Source: an uncultured Pseudomonadota bacterium
GTDB taxonomy: Bacteria > Oederibacteriota > Muellerivitia > Muellerivitales > Muellerivitaceae
Assembly: GCA_963843375.1 (NCBI GenBank)
Contig: CAWJKT010000006.1
Location: 160,001-224,000, forward strand
DNA: 64,000 nucleotides
Reading direction: 5' to 3'
Both the position numbers and the translations under genes were made by a program. Positions within the stretch are counted from its first letter, which is position 1; each line of letters starts with the position of its first letter. Positions 1 through 9,232 of the stretch are shown in pieces. Below the pieces are notes generated by a model that saw only the letters and a program-made list of their open reading frames with translations, ran no database searches and was not told where the DNA came from.

Positions 1-365
1 TTTGTTAATTGAAATTCCCCCGATTTCAATCCCAGAACATAGCATGCCGCGATTTCTGCGTTGACCAAAATAGGCCAATAAAGTGTCCGAACTCCTGTTT
101 TACCTTTGCTCCCGGAAGTTAATACCTTCTTTTTTTTAACCAGAACATTAAAGTTGGGATCTTTTTCGGGGAGTTTGTTTCTTTCTTTGGACGAATAGGA
201 TTTAAACCCATTTTCGTCGCGAAAGAAAAGAACCGCGGAGGTTAAATTCAGGTGTTTTTCCAGCAGTCTGGAAAATCGGGAAAAAAAGTCCTGAGGGTTA
301 TCCTTAAATGAAAATGGGCGGTACAGCTCTCGAAGAACCATTAACAATTTTAAGGAGGCGTCCAT
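1..365 (-). CDS. Partial CDS running off the window; probable GAF-like N-terminal domain (possibly a sensor protein)
   Basis: Hand-translated open frame from ATG at 365: MDASLKLLMVLRELYRPF...LEKHLNLTSAVLFFRDENGF...LYWPILVNAEIAACYVLGLKSG. Lies 30 bp downstream of the response regulator. Confidence 0.55.
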   Translation of the reverse strand, partial: MDASLKLLMVLRELYRPFSFKDNPQDFFSRFSRLLEKHLNLTSAVLFFRDENGFKSYSSKERNKLPEKDPNFNVLVKKKKVLTSGSKGKTGVRTLYWPILVNAEIAACYVLGLKSGEFQLT

Positions 366-395
366 GATACTCGAGTCCGAAATTAAAGGTTGGGT

Positions 396-1808
396 TTATA
401 GGTTGCGGAAACCAATTCCATGTTCCCGGCGTGTTTTAACAATTCGCTTGTAATCATCCTCTAGATTCAATTCTTTCAATTTCCAAATAAGGGTGTTGCG
501 GTGAAGTCCCAATGTCGCCGCGGTTAGAGTTTGATTACCCCGGGTTCGTTCCAAAACCCTTCGAATAAACTGCCGTTCAAATTGCCGCCTTACCCTTTTC
601 AAGGACAACTTGGCTTCTTCCTTGGTCTTAGCCAAATCAATTTGCTTCACGAGAATATCGATGGGAATATCCTCAATACTGAGAATTTCTTTTCCCGCAA
701 ATAAAACCATCATTTCAACGCTGCTTTCCAGTTCTTTGATGTTTCCGGGCCACCCATAGTGGGTTAAAAACTGAATGGCTTCTTTCTGGATGCTTTTAAC
801 GTGGATCTTGGCCTTTTGATTTGTCATTTTGAGGAAATAATCCACTAAAACGGGAATATCCTCTTGTCTTTCTCTCAAGGGGGGTAACTGGATCGAGGAA
901 ACGTTCAAGAACTGATAAAAATCCTTTCGAAATTTGCCTTTTTCCACCTCCGCCTGTAAATCGGTATCTGTGGAGACGATGACGCGCACATCCACCGGCA
1001 GCGAAACATGTCCGCCGAGGCGAAACATTTTCTTTCCGGAAAACACCTTAACAATTTTCTCCTGTATTTCCAGAGGCAAACGGTCAACCTGTTCGAAAAA
1101 AAAAGTCCCCGTATTGGCGAATTCCAATCTTCCAATTTGGGCAGTATGGTTTTTTCCCTCATCCCCTTCTTCGCCGAAAAGATCCTTTTCAATTTGACCT
1201 TTGGATAAAGACCCGCAAAACAAGGTGATAAAGGGACCGCGATGCCGAGGGCTTTTGGAATGAATCTCGCGGGCAACTTCCTCAAGTCCGCTTCCCATTT
1301 CTCCCCGGATCAACACCGGCGTCTCCTCTTTGGAAACCTTGCTTATCTGCTTAATCACCTCTTGTACAGCCTTGCTGTTTCCAAGCAGGCTGGCGGGCTT
1401 CTTCAAACCCAATTCTTCGCGCAAAAATTGATTTTCTTTTTCCAGCGCCTTTTTGGCTAGGACTCGCTTAATGAGCTCGTATAATTCGGCGATTTTATAA
1501 GGCTTCGTAATATAGTCGTAGGCGCCCGCCTTCATCGCATCCAAAGCGGTATCCACACCCGTGAGAGCGGTTACCATGATGACTTCGATAGACTCGTCCC
1601 GCCGTTTTATCTGTCGTAACAAGTCCAATCCGGATCCATCCGGCAGCATAATGTCCAATAAGCAAAGGTCAAATGTCTGATTTTTAAGGATTCGAATGGT
1701 GGCTTTTGCATCCTCGGCAAAAGCCAATTCGTAATAATCCTGGAGGGCGAGCCTAAAAGATTCCCGGACGCTCTCCTCATCATCAACAATTAAAATTAAT
1801 GGTTTCAC
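396..1808 (-). CDS. NtrC/AtoC-family response regulator (receiver, degenerate AAA+, Fis HTH)
   Basis: ILIVDDE and LDIMLPDGSG receiver motifs, WPGNIKEL, C-terminal TRGNQTLTAATLGLHRNTL. Walker A, Walker B and GAFTGA are degenerate. Confidence 0.9.
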   Translation of the reverse strand: MKPLILIVDDEESVRESFRLALQDYYELAFAEDAKATIRILKNQTFDLCLLDIMLPDGSGLDLLRQIKRRDESIEVIMVTALTGVDTALDAMKAGAYDYITKPYKIAELYELIKRVLAKKALEKENQFLREELGLKKPASLLGNSKAVQEVIKQISKVSKEETPVLIRGEMGSGLEEVAREIHSKSPRHRGPFITLFCGSLSKGQIEKDLFGEEGDEGKNHTAQIGRLEFANTGTFFFEQVDRLPLEIQEKIVKVFSGKKMFRLGGHVSLPVDVRVIVSTDTDLQAEVEKGKFRKDFYQFLNVSSIQLPPLRERQEDIPVLVDYFLKMTNQKAKIHVKSIQKEAIQFLTHYGWPGNIKELESSVEMMVLFAGKEILSIEDIPIDILVKQIDLAKTKEEAKLSLKRVRRQFERQFIRRVLERTRGNQTLTAATLGLHRNTLIWKLKELNLEDDYKRIVKTRREHGIGFRNL

Positions 1809-1910
1809 GGAAGATCCTGTTTTAAGGATTTTGAAAGGCGGCTTTCTTAAATGACGAACCTCATTATATTTTTTAACCTAAAATTTATAAAGGCTTTCCG
1901 GGGAAAATCC

Positions 1911-2906
1911 TCAGTTTTTTCGAAGAACAAGAGGCCGTTTTTTGGATTTTTCCAACTCCAAAAACGGGTCAAGAGTTAGGCAATAAGGGGATAATTCCGC
2001 TCGGATTTTTACATCCTCCAACATTCTTAAAAACAAAAAAAGATATTCGCTGGCAACCCCGCAATGATCGCCAAAGACGGTTCTGGCTTTTTTGACAATT
2101 TTAACGTACTGGGCCCTCGTGGGCGCCTCTTCACCCGCGCCCAGGAGCTTAATGGAGCGAAAATGCCTGTTCATGGCCCTTAAAACCCATCGATCCACGG
2201 GAAAAGCCGTCTTGTGACCCAGGGCAAAAAGAAGAATACAGTCGGCAATCTTGGGTCCAATCCCGTCCAAAGCCATCATGGCCTCCCGGGCCGAATCACA
2301 AGAAATGGATTTCAAATGCTCCAAAGAAACTACCTCCGCTTCGACCGCTCGGGCCACTCGAATAATACGATCAGCCCGAGCCAGGTAATTATTCGTAAAA
2401 GGCCTCAAGGAATCCGCTGAAAGCGATACGATATCCCCCGCTTCCGGGAAGGAATAGGCCCCTTTGACATCCTCAAGGGGCCGTCCGTATTCCGCGCAAA
2501 ACTTTTTTAATGCCTGTCGAATGACCTTGACCGAAAGCCCCTGGGCAAACATATAGGAAACGGTGCATTCCCAGGACTCCTGTCGAATCAATCTCAAACC
2601 CTTAAGTACTTTTAGGGGAAATTGCATTACCGAATGGGATTCAAAAGACTCAACCCATTCGTTCAAGTTTTCGTCCAAGCTTAAATAAAAAGACAGCCAG
2701 TTTTCAGCGTTTTGGTCGCGGACAACCGGTGAATTGCATTCCCAATAAAGTCGGTTTCCTTCCTGTTTCAGCCTCCAGAAGGCCTGTCCCGCAACACCCG
2801 TAAACCAACCCTGAGCGTCAGGGCCTTCCCATCGAAAGCATTGACCGCAAAGCAGCGTCAAGCCTAAGGAAAAGGGTTCGGGTAAAAGTTTGATCCCTTG
2901 GAACAT
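1911..2906 (-). CDS. 8-oxoguanine DNA glycosylase/AP lyase (OGG1-like, HhH-GPD)
   Basis: TLLCGQCFRW N-terminal motif, GLRLIRQESWE, HhH LDGIGPKIADC, AFPVDRWV. Confidence 0.88.
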   Translation of the reverse strand: MFQGIKLLPEPFSLGLTLLCGQCFRWEGPDAQGWFTGVAGQAFWRLKQEGNRLYWECNSPVVRDQNAENWLSFYLSLDENLNEWVESFESHSVMQFPLKVLKGLRLIRQESWECTVSYMFAQGLSVKVIRQALKKFCAEYGRPLEDVKGAYSFPEAGDIVSLSADSLRPFTNNYLARADRIIRVARAVEAEVVSLEHLKSISCDSAREAMMALDGIGPKIADCILLFALGHKTAFPVDRWVLRAMNRHFRSIKLLGAGEEAPTRAQYVKIVKKARTVFGDHCGVASEYLFLFLRMLEDVKIRAELSPYCLTLDPFLELEKSKKRPLVLRKN

Positions 2907-3281
2907 TTATTCCATCCGCCGATAATAAAAAGCTGCGGTAACCACAATAGCCAAGAACAAAGCGAAGGCGCTAATATCCCAGCGGTTCACTTGCCATTGA
3001 ACAATCTGGTGCACGATTAAAAAAACAGCAAAAGCCCAAAAACTCCATTTTCTCATCTGATATAAATTGTAGAGGCAAACGATGATGAAAACCGTGCTCA
3101 AGGAAACGTAAATCGGATACCAAGAACTGACTTGGCGGATTTCCCCCGAAAACACGTAATACATTTTTAAAAAGCAACCGAACAAGGCCAAAAAACAAAA
3201 GAGGGCCAGCAATGCAGGGCATTCGGATTTCATGTTTTTTCCCGGCCAAATTGGAGTGAATTCAGAAACCGCCATGAACAA
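2907..3281 (-). CDS. Hypothetical 4-TM membrane protein
   Basis: Four hydrophobic segments; abuts the glycosylase start. Start codon uncertain. Confidence 0.65.
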   Translation of the reverse strand: MFMAVSEFTPIWPGKNMKSECPALLALFCFLALFGCFLKMYYVFSGEIRQVSSWYPIYVSLSTVFIIVCLYNLYQMRKWSFWAFAVFLIVHQIVQWQVNRWDISAFALFLAIVVTAAFYYRRME

Positions 3282-3471
3282 ATTCTAACTTACATTAAGG
3301 CCCGAATATAAAAAACTTGAATTTTGATTGTTTTTATTGGCCGCGGCAGAGGCTTTTTAAAAGGAAATTTCCAAAGGAAAGCTATAAAGATTTATCAATC
3401 GGCTTCAAAATTCGCCCGAAGGGGTCATTTGTCCTGAATGCGGGGATGCCTATTAGCGTCATTATCTCGAC

Positions 3472-3663
3472 TTAAATCCGGCGACGCTTTTTCCGTCTTT
3501 CTTTTTTCCTGCGGGGATCCTTACGCGGCCTTGGCTTGTCGCCATCCGGCCCCTGCCAACGCCGTTCATCTTTACGGCGGTCTTGGGGATTACGGCTCGC
3601 CACAGCGCGCTCACTCAAATGAAACTTGACCAAGAGCGCTTTGAGCCAATGAGGTATTTTCAC
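3472..3663 (-). CDS. Small, very basic hypothetical protein (DRR/ERR repeats)
   Basis: 63 aa, starts 4 bp after the upstream stop. Confidence 0.4.
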   Translation of the reverse strand: MKIPHWLKALLVKFHLSERAVASRNPQDRRKDERRWQGPDGDKPRPRKDPRRKKERRKKRRRI

Positions 3664-3667
3664 TTAA

Positions 3668-4369
3668 CTATGACCGCCGAATACTGACAACTCGATCCCG
3701 TTCGTTCATGGCGGAAGAGTGATCCTTGGTCAGTTTCTGATTTTTTAGATCTTGCCCGTTTTTCCAGCTTTTCCAAAGAGCTGCGACGGAAACGATCAAC
3801 ACAATAAAGAAAAGAAAATTTGAGTGCTGGGCTCCATTGCCCAAGTCTTTTAAAGCCAATGAAATCTCATCCAACCGTTTATTCGTGTCTACCTGCGCCC
3901 CGTTGAGCTCCCTGTATTGGCTAAAAGAATCCCGCTCCATCAGATAGGCGACCGTTTGAACCCGGGTTTCCAATTCCGCCAGCTTTCTGGCATCAACTGT
4001 GTTGGGACGCGCCACCGGGTTATTTTTTTTCTCTTGAATTATGGTAACAGGCGCCGGGATCTCCATGTTTTGCGGGGACGCGACGAGGGCGGGTTTCCCG
4101 CCAATCCAAATAACGGTGTTGTTGGCGTTGTCCTTTTCCGAGATAAGAATGCTCAATAAAGCTTGGGCTTTTTTATCTTGAGCATTGGCTTGAAGGGCCT
4201 TTGAGTCCAATAGAATGGCTTGGTCAAAATTACCTGAAAGATAAGCTTGAAGAGCCGATTGATAATAATCATTGGGGATCAAGGAGGGGTCAACGGTCTG
4301 GGCGATTGCAAAGGCGGAGGCAAACCAAACCAAGAGAAAACCAACCGACAAAATTTGTTTTCGTTTCAT
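3668..4369 (-). CDS. Exported TPR-like protein with C-terminal membrane anchor
   Basis: Signal peptide MKRKQILSVGFLLVWFASAFA, TPR-like YYQSALQAYLSGNFDQAI, C-terminal TM helix. ATG at 4369 follows GAAGGGA. Confidence 0.7.
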   Translation of the reverse strand: MKRKQILSVGFLLVWFASAFAIAQTVDPSLIPNDYYQSALQAYLSGNFDQAILLDSKALQANAQDKKAQALLSILISEKDNANNTVIWIGGKPALVASPQNMEIPAPVTIIQEKKNNPVARPNTVDARKLAELETRVQTVAYLMERDSFSQYRELNGAQVDTNKRLDEISLALKDLGNGAQHSNFLFFIVLIVSVAALWKSWKNGQDLKNQKLTKDHSSAMNERDRVVSIRRS

Positions 4370-4414
4370 ACTTTTCCCTTCTAAAATTACATCAAGATTC
4401 GATTTTACCAAAAG

Positions 4415-5251
4415 TTAGCCGTTTAACATCAGAAAAGCGCCAAACCTCCCAGTTGGTTTCCCTTCGCCCGCTTCAGCTCGATGGGAATAAAACACTTCAT
4501 TGTATTTGACGGTACAAATCTCGGAGCGAATGAGATTTTCCTCTTTCATTCCAATTTCAATAAGCTGGCGCGCATTGGCTTCCGATAGGTTCAATTTCCA
4601 GTGGGCCTTGGAGGATTTTTCAAATACTTCCAGACCCCAGGGAAAGACCTTGGTGAACCCATCGCGCACATCCGCCCCCACCTCATAGCAACAAGATCCG
4701 ATACAAGGCCCCAATACCGCCCGGACCTCTTCAGCCTTGGTTCCATAGGCTTTTCCCATGGCCAACAGGGTTTTTGCGGCTATATGGCTTACGGTTCCGC
4801 GCCAACCCGCGTGAGCTAAGCCAATTGCCTTGTTAATGGGATCAAAAAAAAGAATCGGAAGACAGTCGGCCACGAGGATCATGATGGAAACATCTGTTTC
4901 ATTGGTGATGATCCCGTCCCCTTCGCCCAGGGAACCTCCCTTTTGAGAGCGGTTTGCCGCGTCCAATTTCAATACCTTGTCGCTATGCACCTGATCGACC
5001 CAAACCGCCTCTTTCAAATCCAATCCAAGAGCATAAGACAACAAGGATCTATTCTCATCAACGTTTACGGCCTGATCCTGGACTTTTTGACTGATATTGA
5101 GGGACCGATAGGTTCCGTCGCTGACTCCTCCAACCCGTGTGGAAACGGCTTGTCTTAATACCTTGGAATCGGCAAAGCGCGGAAAGGTGATGGTCACGAT
5201 ACCGCCCTGTTCGGTTTGGAGCGCCTCAGCGGCGAGCTTGCTTGTTTTCAT
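4415..5251 (-). CDS. pgeF: Peptidoglycan editing factor PgeF (YfiH/YlmD family)
   Basis: STRVGGVS, QVHSD, ADCLPI, AHAGWRG, GPCIGSCCYEVG, FYSHR. Confidence 0.93.
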   Translation of the reverse strand: MKTSKLAAEALQTEQGGIVTITFPRFADSKVLRQAVSTRVGGVSDGTYRSLNISQKVQDQAVNVDENRSLLSYALGLDLKEAVWVDQVHSDKVLKLDAANRSQKGGSLGEGDGIITNETDVSIMILVADCLPILFFDPINKAIGLAHAGWRGTVSHIAAKTLLAMGKAYGTKAEEVRAVLGPCIGSCCYEVGADVRDGFTKVFPWGLEVFEKSSKAHWKLNLSEANARQLIEIGMKEENLIRSEICTVKYNEVFYSHRAEAGEGKPTGRFGAFLMLNG

Positions 5252-6566
5252 CCATTCCCTCCACCCGATCCTTATAAGCGATTATTCCCTGCGCAATGGC
5301 TTTGGCCATCTTGTCCCGCCAATAGGGATCCCTCAACTTGTTTTCTTCCTCCTGGTTGCTGATAAAAGCCGTTTCAACCAATATCGAAGGCATTTCCGCG
5401 TGGGCCAAAACGTAAAAAGGCGCATGTTGGATATTCCTGAAATGCTGTCCCATTTTTTCTCGGATGCTCGACTCCACCATTTCAGCGAGTTTCTGGCTTC
5501 GGAACTTATAGAACTTGGTGCGGAGATCCGCGAAAGTATAGTCCATGAAATCGCTGCCGGAGTTCTCACGAACCGCCGCGACCTCGGCAAGCTTGTTGGA
5601 TGCCCTTGAGCCATATTGATAAATTTCAGTTCCGTGGGCTCCCGACCGGGGATTGGAGTTGCAGTGAATCGAGACAAAAAGGTCGGCATTATGAGAATTA
5701 GCGAAATCCGTTCGGTATTTTAAGGTGATGTAATAGTCCCCCGTACGTGTCATGAGGACTTCAAATTCCTTCTCGCCGTGTTGTTCTTCTTTCAGGTAAC
5801 TGGTGACCCGCTGGGCGATATCCAAGGTCGCTTGTTTTTCGAAATACCGGTGGTCGCGACCAGGGGCTCCCGCGTCGTTCCCCCCATGCCCCGCGTCGAT
5901 GACGATCCTTCGGATTTTTTCGATTTGACCGGTGGGCGGTTCTTCTTCGGCTGCCTGGGTTTCTTCCGTGGGGGTCGGCTCCAAGGAAGGTGCCGCCGTG
6001 GGAATGGCCACTTGCGTGATACCCACGGCGGCGATGGTGGCGGGGACGGCGGACGAGTTTTTCGGTTGACCGGCTTGGGCCAAAATTTCCTGCCTTAATT
6101 CCTCCTCACGAACCCCTCCGGCAACGAGTGCCTGCTGATCCGCGAGAAACCTCACATTGACGTTCAAAAGTGTCCCGAAAACGTCCCCCGCGGATTCAGG
6201 CGGTATCGCCAATTGACCCGACACGACCTCCACCGGGTCCATGGGGAAGGAGGATTCGGGATCAAGGATCAAAAATATCGGCTGGGACAAAACCATCTTG
6301 ACTTGATTTTTCCCTTTCTGAAGGGAAACACGGCGGGTTTGGGAATCGAATTGTAAATCGGCTCCGTAAAATTGAGCCACTTCCCTCAAAGGCAAATAAA
6401 CTTTTCCTTTAATGTCGTGAAGAACCGTCACCAAACCCTGATCCAGCCTATAGGTATATTTCAAAGATACCGACTCATCCGCCGTAAGGCGGGTCATGGG
6501 CGAATAAAGCCCGAGGGCCATCCCGAGAAAAACCCCCATAAACCTTTTAATTCTGAGTGTTTTCAA
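5226..6566 (-). CDS. N-acetylmuramoyl-L-alanine amidase (Amidase_3) with N-terminal accessory domain
   Basis: IVIDAGHGGND, FEKQATL, ADLFVSIHCNS, MPSILVETAFISN; signal peptide. Confidence 0.92.
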   Translation of the reverse strand: MKTLRIKRFMGVFLGMALGLYSPMTRLTADESVSLKYTYRLDQGLVTVLHDIKGKVYLPLREVAQFYGADLQFDSQTRRVSLQKGKNQVKMVLSQPIFLILDPESSFPMDPVEVVSGQLAIPPESAGDVFGTLLNVNVRFLADQQALVAGGVREEELRQEILAQAGQPKNSSAVPATIAAVGITQVAIPTAAPSLEPTPTEETQAAEEEPPTGQIEKIRRIVIDAGHGGNDAGAPGRDHRYFEKQATLDIAQRVTSYLKEEQHGEKEFEVLMTRTGDYYITLKYRTDFANSHNADLFVSIHCNSNPRSGAHGTEIYQYGSRASNKLAEVAAVRENSGSDFMDYTFADLRTKFYKFRSQKLAEMVESSIREKMGQHFRNIQHAPFYVLAHAEMPSILVETAFISNQEEENKLRDPYWRDKMAKAIAQGIIAYKDRVEGMDENKQARR

Positions 6567-7881
6567 TTCCCGTCCTCTTGTCCGTTTCTTCTTTTTCGAA
6601 TTTTTTGTGTTTTATTCTGAAATACCAGTTGTAAACACGGGTGACGCCTTTGATGTCGGTGGCCCGAAGGGTCAGAATATGGCCCCCTTGGGCCAATTTC
6701 GCGCCTACTTGATGACTTAGGGTGCGGGTTTCGGACTCATAGTGAACCGGCATGATATGGTTTCCCATTTGCAGTTGAACCGAACCGGGGACGACATCAT
6801 CCTCGATTTGGGCCGTGATAACCGGCGTCTGGGTTTCAATCACCTCCCCGTCCCCGGGAAAAAGACCCTTCATGTGAAGAACCTTGTCGGTAAATAAACT
6901 GGCGAATTTCTTATGGCTGATAGGATTAAGAATCAGTTCCCTTTTGAGCTTAAGAGGGTCGATGGTTCGATCATTGGGACCCGGATTGACGGTAAAGGCC
7001 AGCTTGTAGCCCTGCGCGCGGGTAACCTCCAGAATCGTTGGATCGTAAACCCCGTAAGGGTAGGCGATCAATTCAGGCCTGCGGTTAAATTCGGATTGGA
7101 TGAAGGTCAAAGGTTCGCTGAGTTCAAATTCAAGCAGCTTGCGGTAATCCATCGCGGGCGTCTTTTCTTCCACCAGCCCCAGATTTAAATGATTGGCCGT
7201 ATGGGACTCCACTATCATTCCGAAATTTTGCATGGAGGAAATTTCCGAGATTTTCAAGGCTTCCTTCAGCAATTTTCCATGTCCGGTCTGTTTTTTGGTT
7301 TTAGCCAGACGACTATTGCTCATATCCAAATCTTTTCTTCTTTTATCCGCGTTTTCCCTGTTCTCGATAAATTTTGTATAAAGAAAAAAAATCGAGGGAT
7401 AACCGTAGGACTTCATGACGGGAAAAGCGTCCCAGTAAATTGTTCGAAAGCCATCATCAAAAGTAATGAGGACCGGTTTCGGGGGGAGGGGTTTCCCCCG
7501 AAACCAAAAGTCCATCAATTGCCCTTCGGAAATGGGGGTGAACCCATTTTCTTTCAGGTACTCCATCTGCCACTTAAAGTCTTCCACCGGCATTTGGTAC
7601 TCGGCTTGAGCCCAATCATCCGTTTCGTCGGATTTGAGCACAAACCGGTGGTAACAAAGCACCACAAAAGTTTCATCCTTTGTTGCATCCGAAGGTAATC
7701 CCGTTGCAGCGGCGGAATTTCCCGTTAGCACCGCAGGAGTCTTTGATTCCAATGCCGGCAATGCTGGATGAAGCGGCATATCATCGCCAAAACTTGGGTC
7801 CACCAGAGGAAGCGGGGATATCACGAACACCGCCGTCCAAAAGAATAACCCCAGGGCTTTGACAAACCGTTTTCCCAACAT
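6547..7881 (-). CDS. Secreted polysaccharide deacetylase (CE4/NodB) with C-terminal Ig-like domain
   Basis: VLCYHRF, ITFDDG, ESHTANH, AYPYG. Confidence 0.9.
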   Translation of the reverse strand: MLGKRFVKALGLFFWTAVFVISPLPLVDPSFGDDMPLHPALPALESKTPAVLTGNSAAATGLPSDATKDETFVVLCYHRFVLKSDETDDWAQAEYQMPVEDFKWQMEYLKENGFTPISEGQLMDFWFRGKPLPPKPVLITFDDGFRTIYWDAFPVMKSYGYPSIFFLYTKFIENRENADKRRKDLDMSNSRLAKTKKQTGHGKLLKEALKISEISSMQNFGMIVESHTANHLNLGLVEEKTPAMDYRKLLEFELSEPLTFIQSEFNRRPELIAYPYGVYDPTILEVTRAQGYKLAFTVNPGPNDRTIDPLKLKRELILNPISHKKFASLFTDKVLHMKGLFPGDGEVIETQTPVITAQIEDDVVPGSVQLQMGNHIMPVHYESETRTLSHQVGAKLAQGGHILTLRATDIKGVTRVYNWYFRIKHKKFEKEETDKRTGIENTQN

Positions 7882-7937
7882 CTTTTCCTTTCCATCCTTT
7901 CACTTAATCGAGAGTCCCGTAATCAGTTCAAACTCGA

Positions 7938-9098
7938 TTAATTTTGAAAAGGCTTGCTGGCCAAACGGCGGCGCAGGTAAGCCGGGATGTCGTATTGTCC
8001 GTCCGACAACTTCAAGGTCATGTCGCCTTCCAGTTCTTCCGCTGGTGGCTGGGACGAACTAGCCTTGGCGGTGTTGAAGTTGGGCGTCACGAAGTTCTTC
8101 AGGTCGATCACCGTCGCCATCTGGTCGGCGGCCTTCTGGGTGTCGAAGCCGGTGGCGATAATGGTGACCCGCAAACCATCCTTCAGGTTTTCATCCCGCA
8201 CAATGCCGGGAATAATCTCGGCTCCTGGCCGGGCGGCTTTCTGAAGAAATCCGTTGATCTGGTTGAACTCGTTCAGGGTAAAGTTGGCCCCGGCGGTCAC
8301 TAAAACCAGAACGGCGGTAGCCCCGGCGATATCCACATCCTCCAAAAGCGGGCTATTTACGGCCTTTTGTACCGCTTTTAAGGCTCGGTCTTCGCCCGTT
8401 CCCGCGCCCATTCCCATCAACACCTTGCCCTTGGCTGTCAGGATTCGGCGAACATCGGCGAAGTCCCGGTTGATGATGCCCTCCGAGTGGATAATCACCG
8501 AGATTCCCTGGATCGCCTGCACAAGCACTTCGTCCACCCGGGCGAAGGCGGATGACAATTCCACATCCTGCTCGCAGACCAGGTTGATGCGTTCATTCGG
8601 GATGACCACAATGGCATCTACATGGGGCAGCATCGCGCGAAGCCCATCTTCGGCCTGCGCCTTGCGTACGGGCCCTTCGTGCTCAAAAGGCCGGCTGACC
8701 ACGCCAACGGTCAGGATACCGAGCTTTTTGGCGATCTCGGCGACCACGGGAGCCGCGCCGGTTCCGGTGCCGCCTCCCATACCTGCGGCCACCACCACCA
8801 TGTCGGCGCCTTCCAGGCATTTTTGGATCTCATCGGTGGATTCCAAGGCCGCTTCCTTTCCGATCGTTGGATTTCCTCCCGAACCCAGTCCCTTGGTGAG
8901 GGACTTGCCCAGTTGGATCTTCTTGATGGCTTTGCTTCGGCGAAGGGATTTGTAATCGGTATTGGCCGAAATACATTCCACGCCTTCGATACCTGCTTCG
9001 ATCATCTTGTTGACGGCGTTGCACCCTCCGCCGCCCACTCCGATAACTTTTAAATGGGCCAGGTACTGCGTCACATCATCTTCCGCGAACTCAATCAT
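7938..9098 (-). CDS. ftsZ: Cell division protein FtsZ
   Basis: GVGGGGCNA, GMGGGTGTG signature, C-terminal DIPAYLRR. ATG at 9098 follows GAGGGGG. Confidence 0.99.
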   Translation of the reverse strand: MIEFAEDDVTQYLAHLKVIGVGGGGCNAVNKMIEAGIEGVECISANTDYKSLRRSKAIKKIQLGKSLTKGLGSGGNPTIGKEAALESTDEIQKCLEGADMVVVAAGMGGGTGTGAAPVVAEIAKKLGILTVGVVSRPFEHEGPVRKAQAEDGLRAMLPHVDAIVVIPNERINLVCEQDVELSSAFARVDEVLVQAIQGISVIIHSEGIINRDFADVRRILTAKGKVLMGMGAGTGEDRALKAVQKAVNSPLLEDVDIAGATAVLVLVTAGANFTLNEFNQINGFLQKAARPGAEIIPGIVRDENLKDGLRVTIIATGFDTQKAADQMATVIDLKNFVTPNFNTAKASSSQPPAEELEGDMTLKLSDGQYDIPAYLRRRLASKPFQN

Positions 9099-9232
9099 TT
9101 TTTTCCCCCTCATTTTTTAAACCAACTCTTGGCTGCCGGTTCTGCGCCGTCAGCTTTAAACCTTACCACCCGACTCTCTTTTCCCTTTGCACCTCCTTGA
9201 CATCAATTTGGTTTAACTCCGCCATTCCGCTC

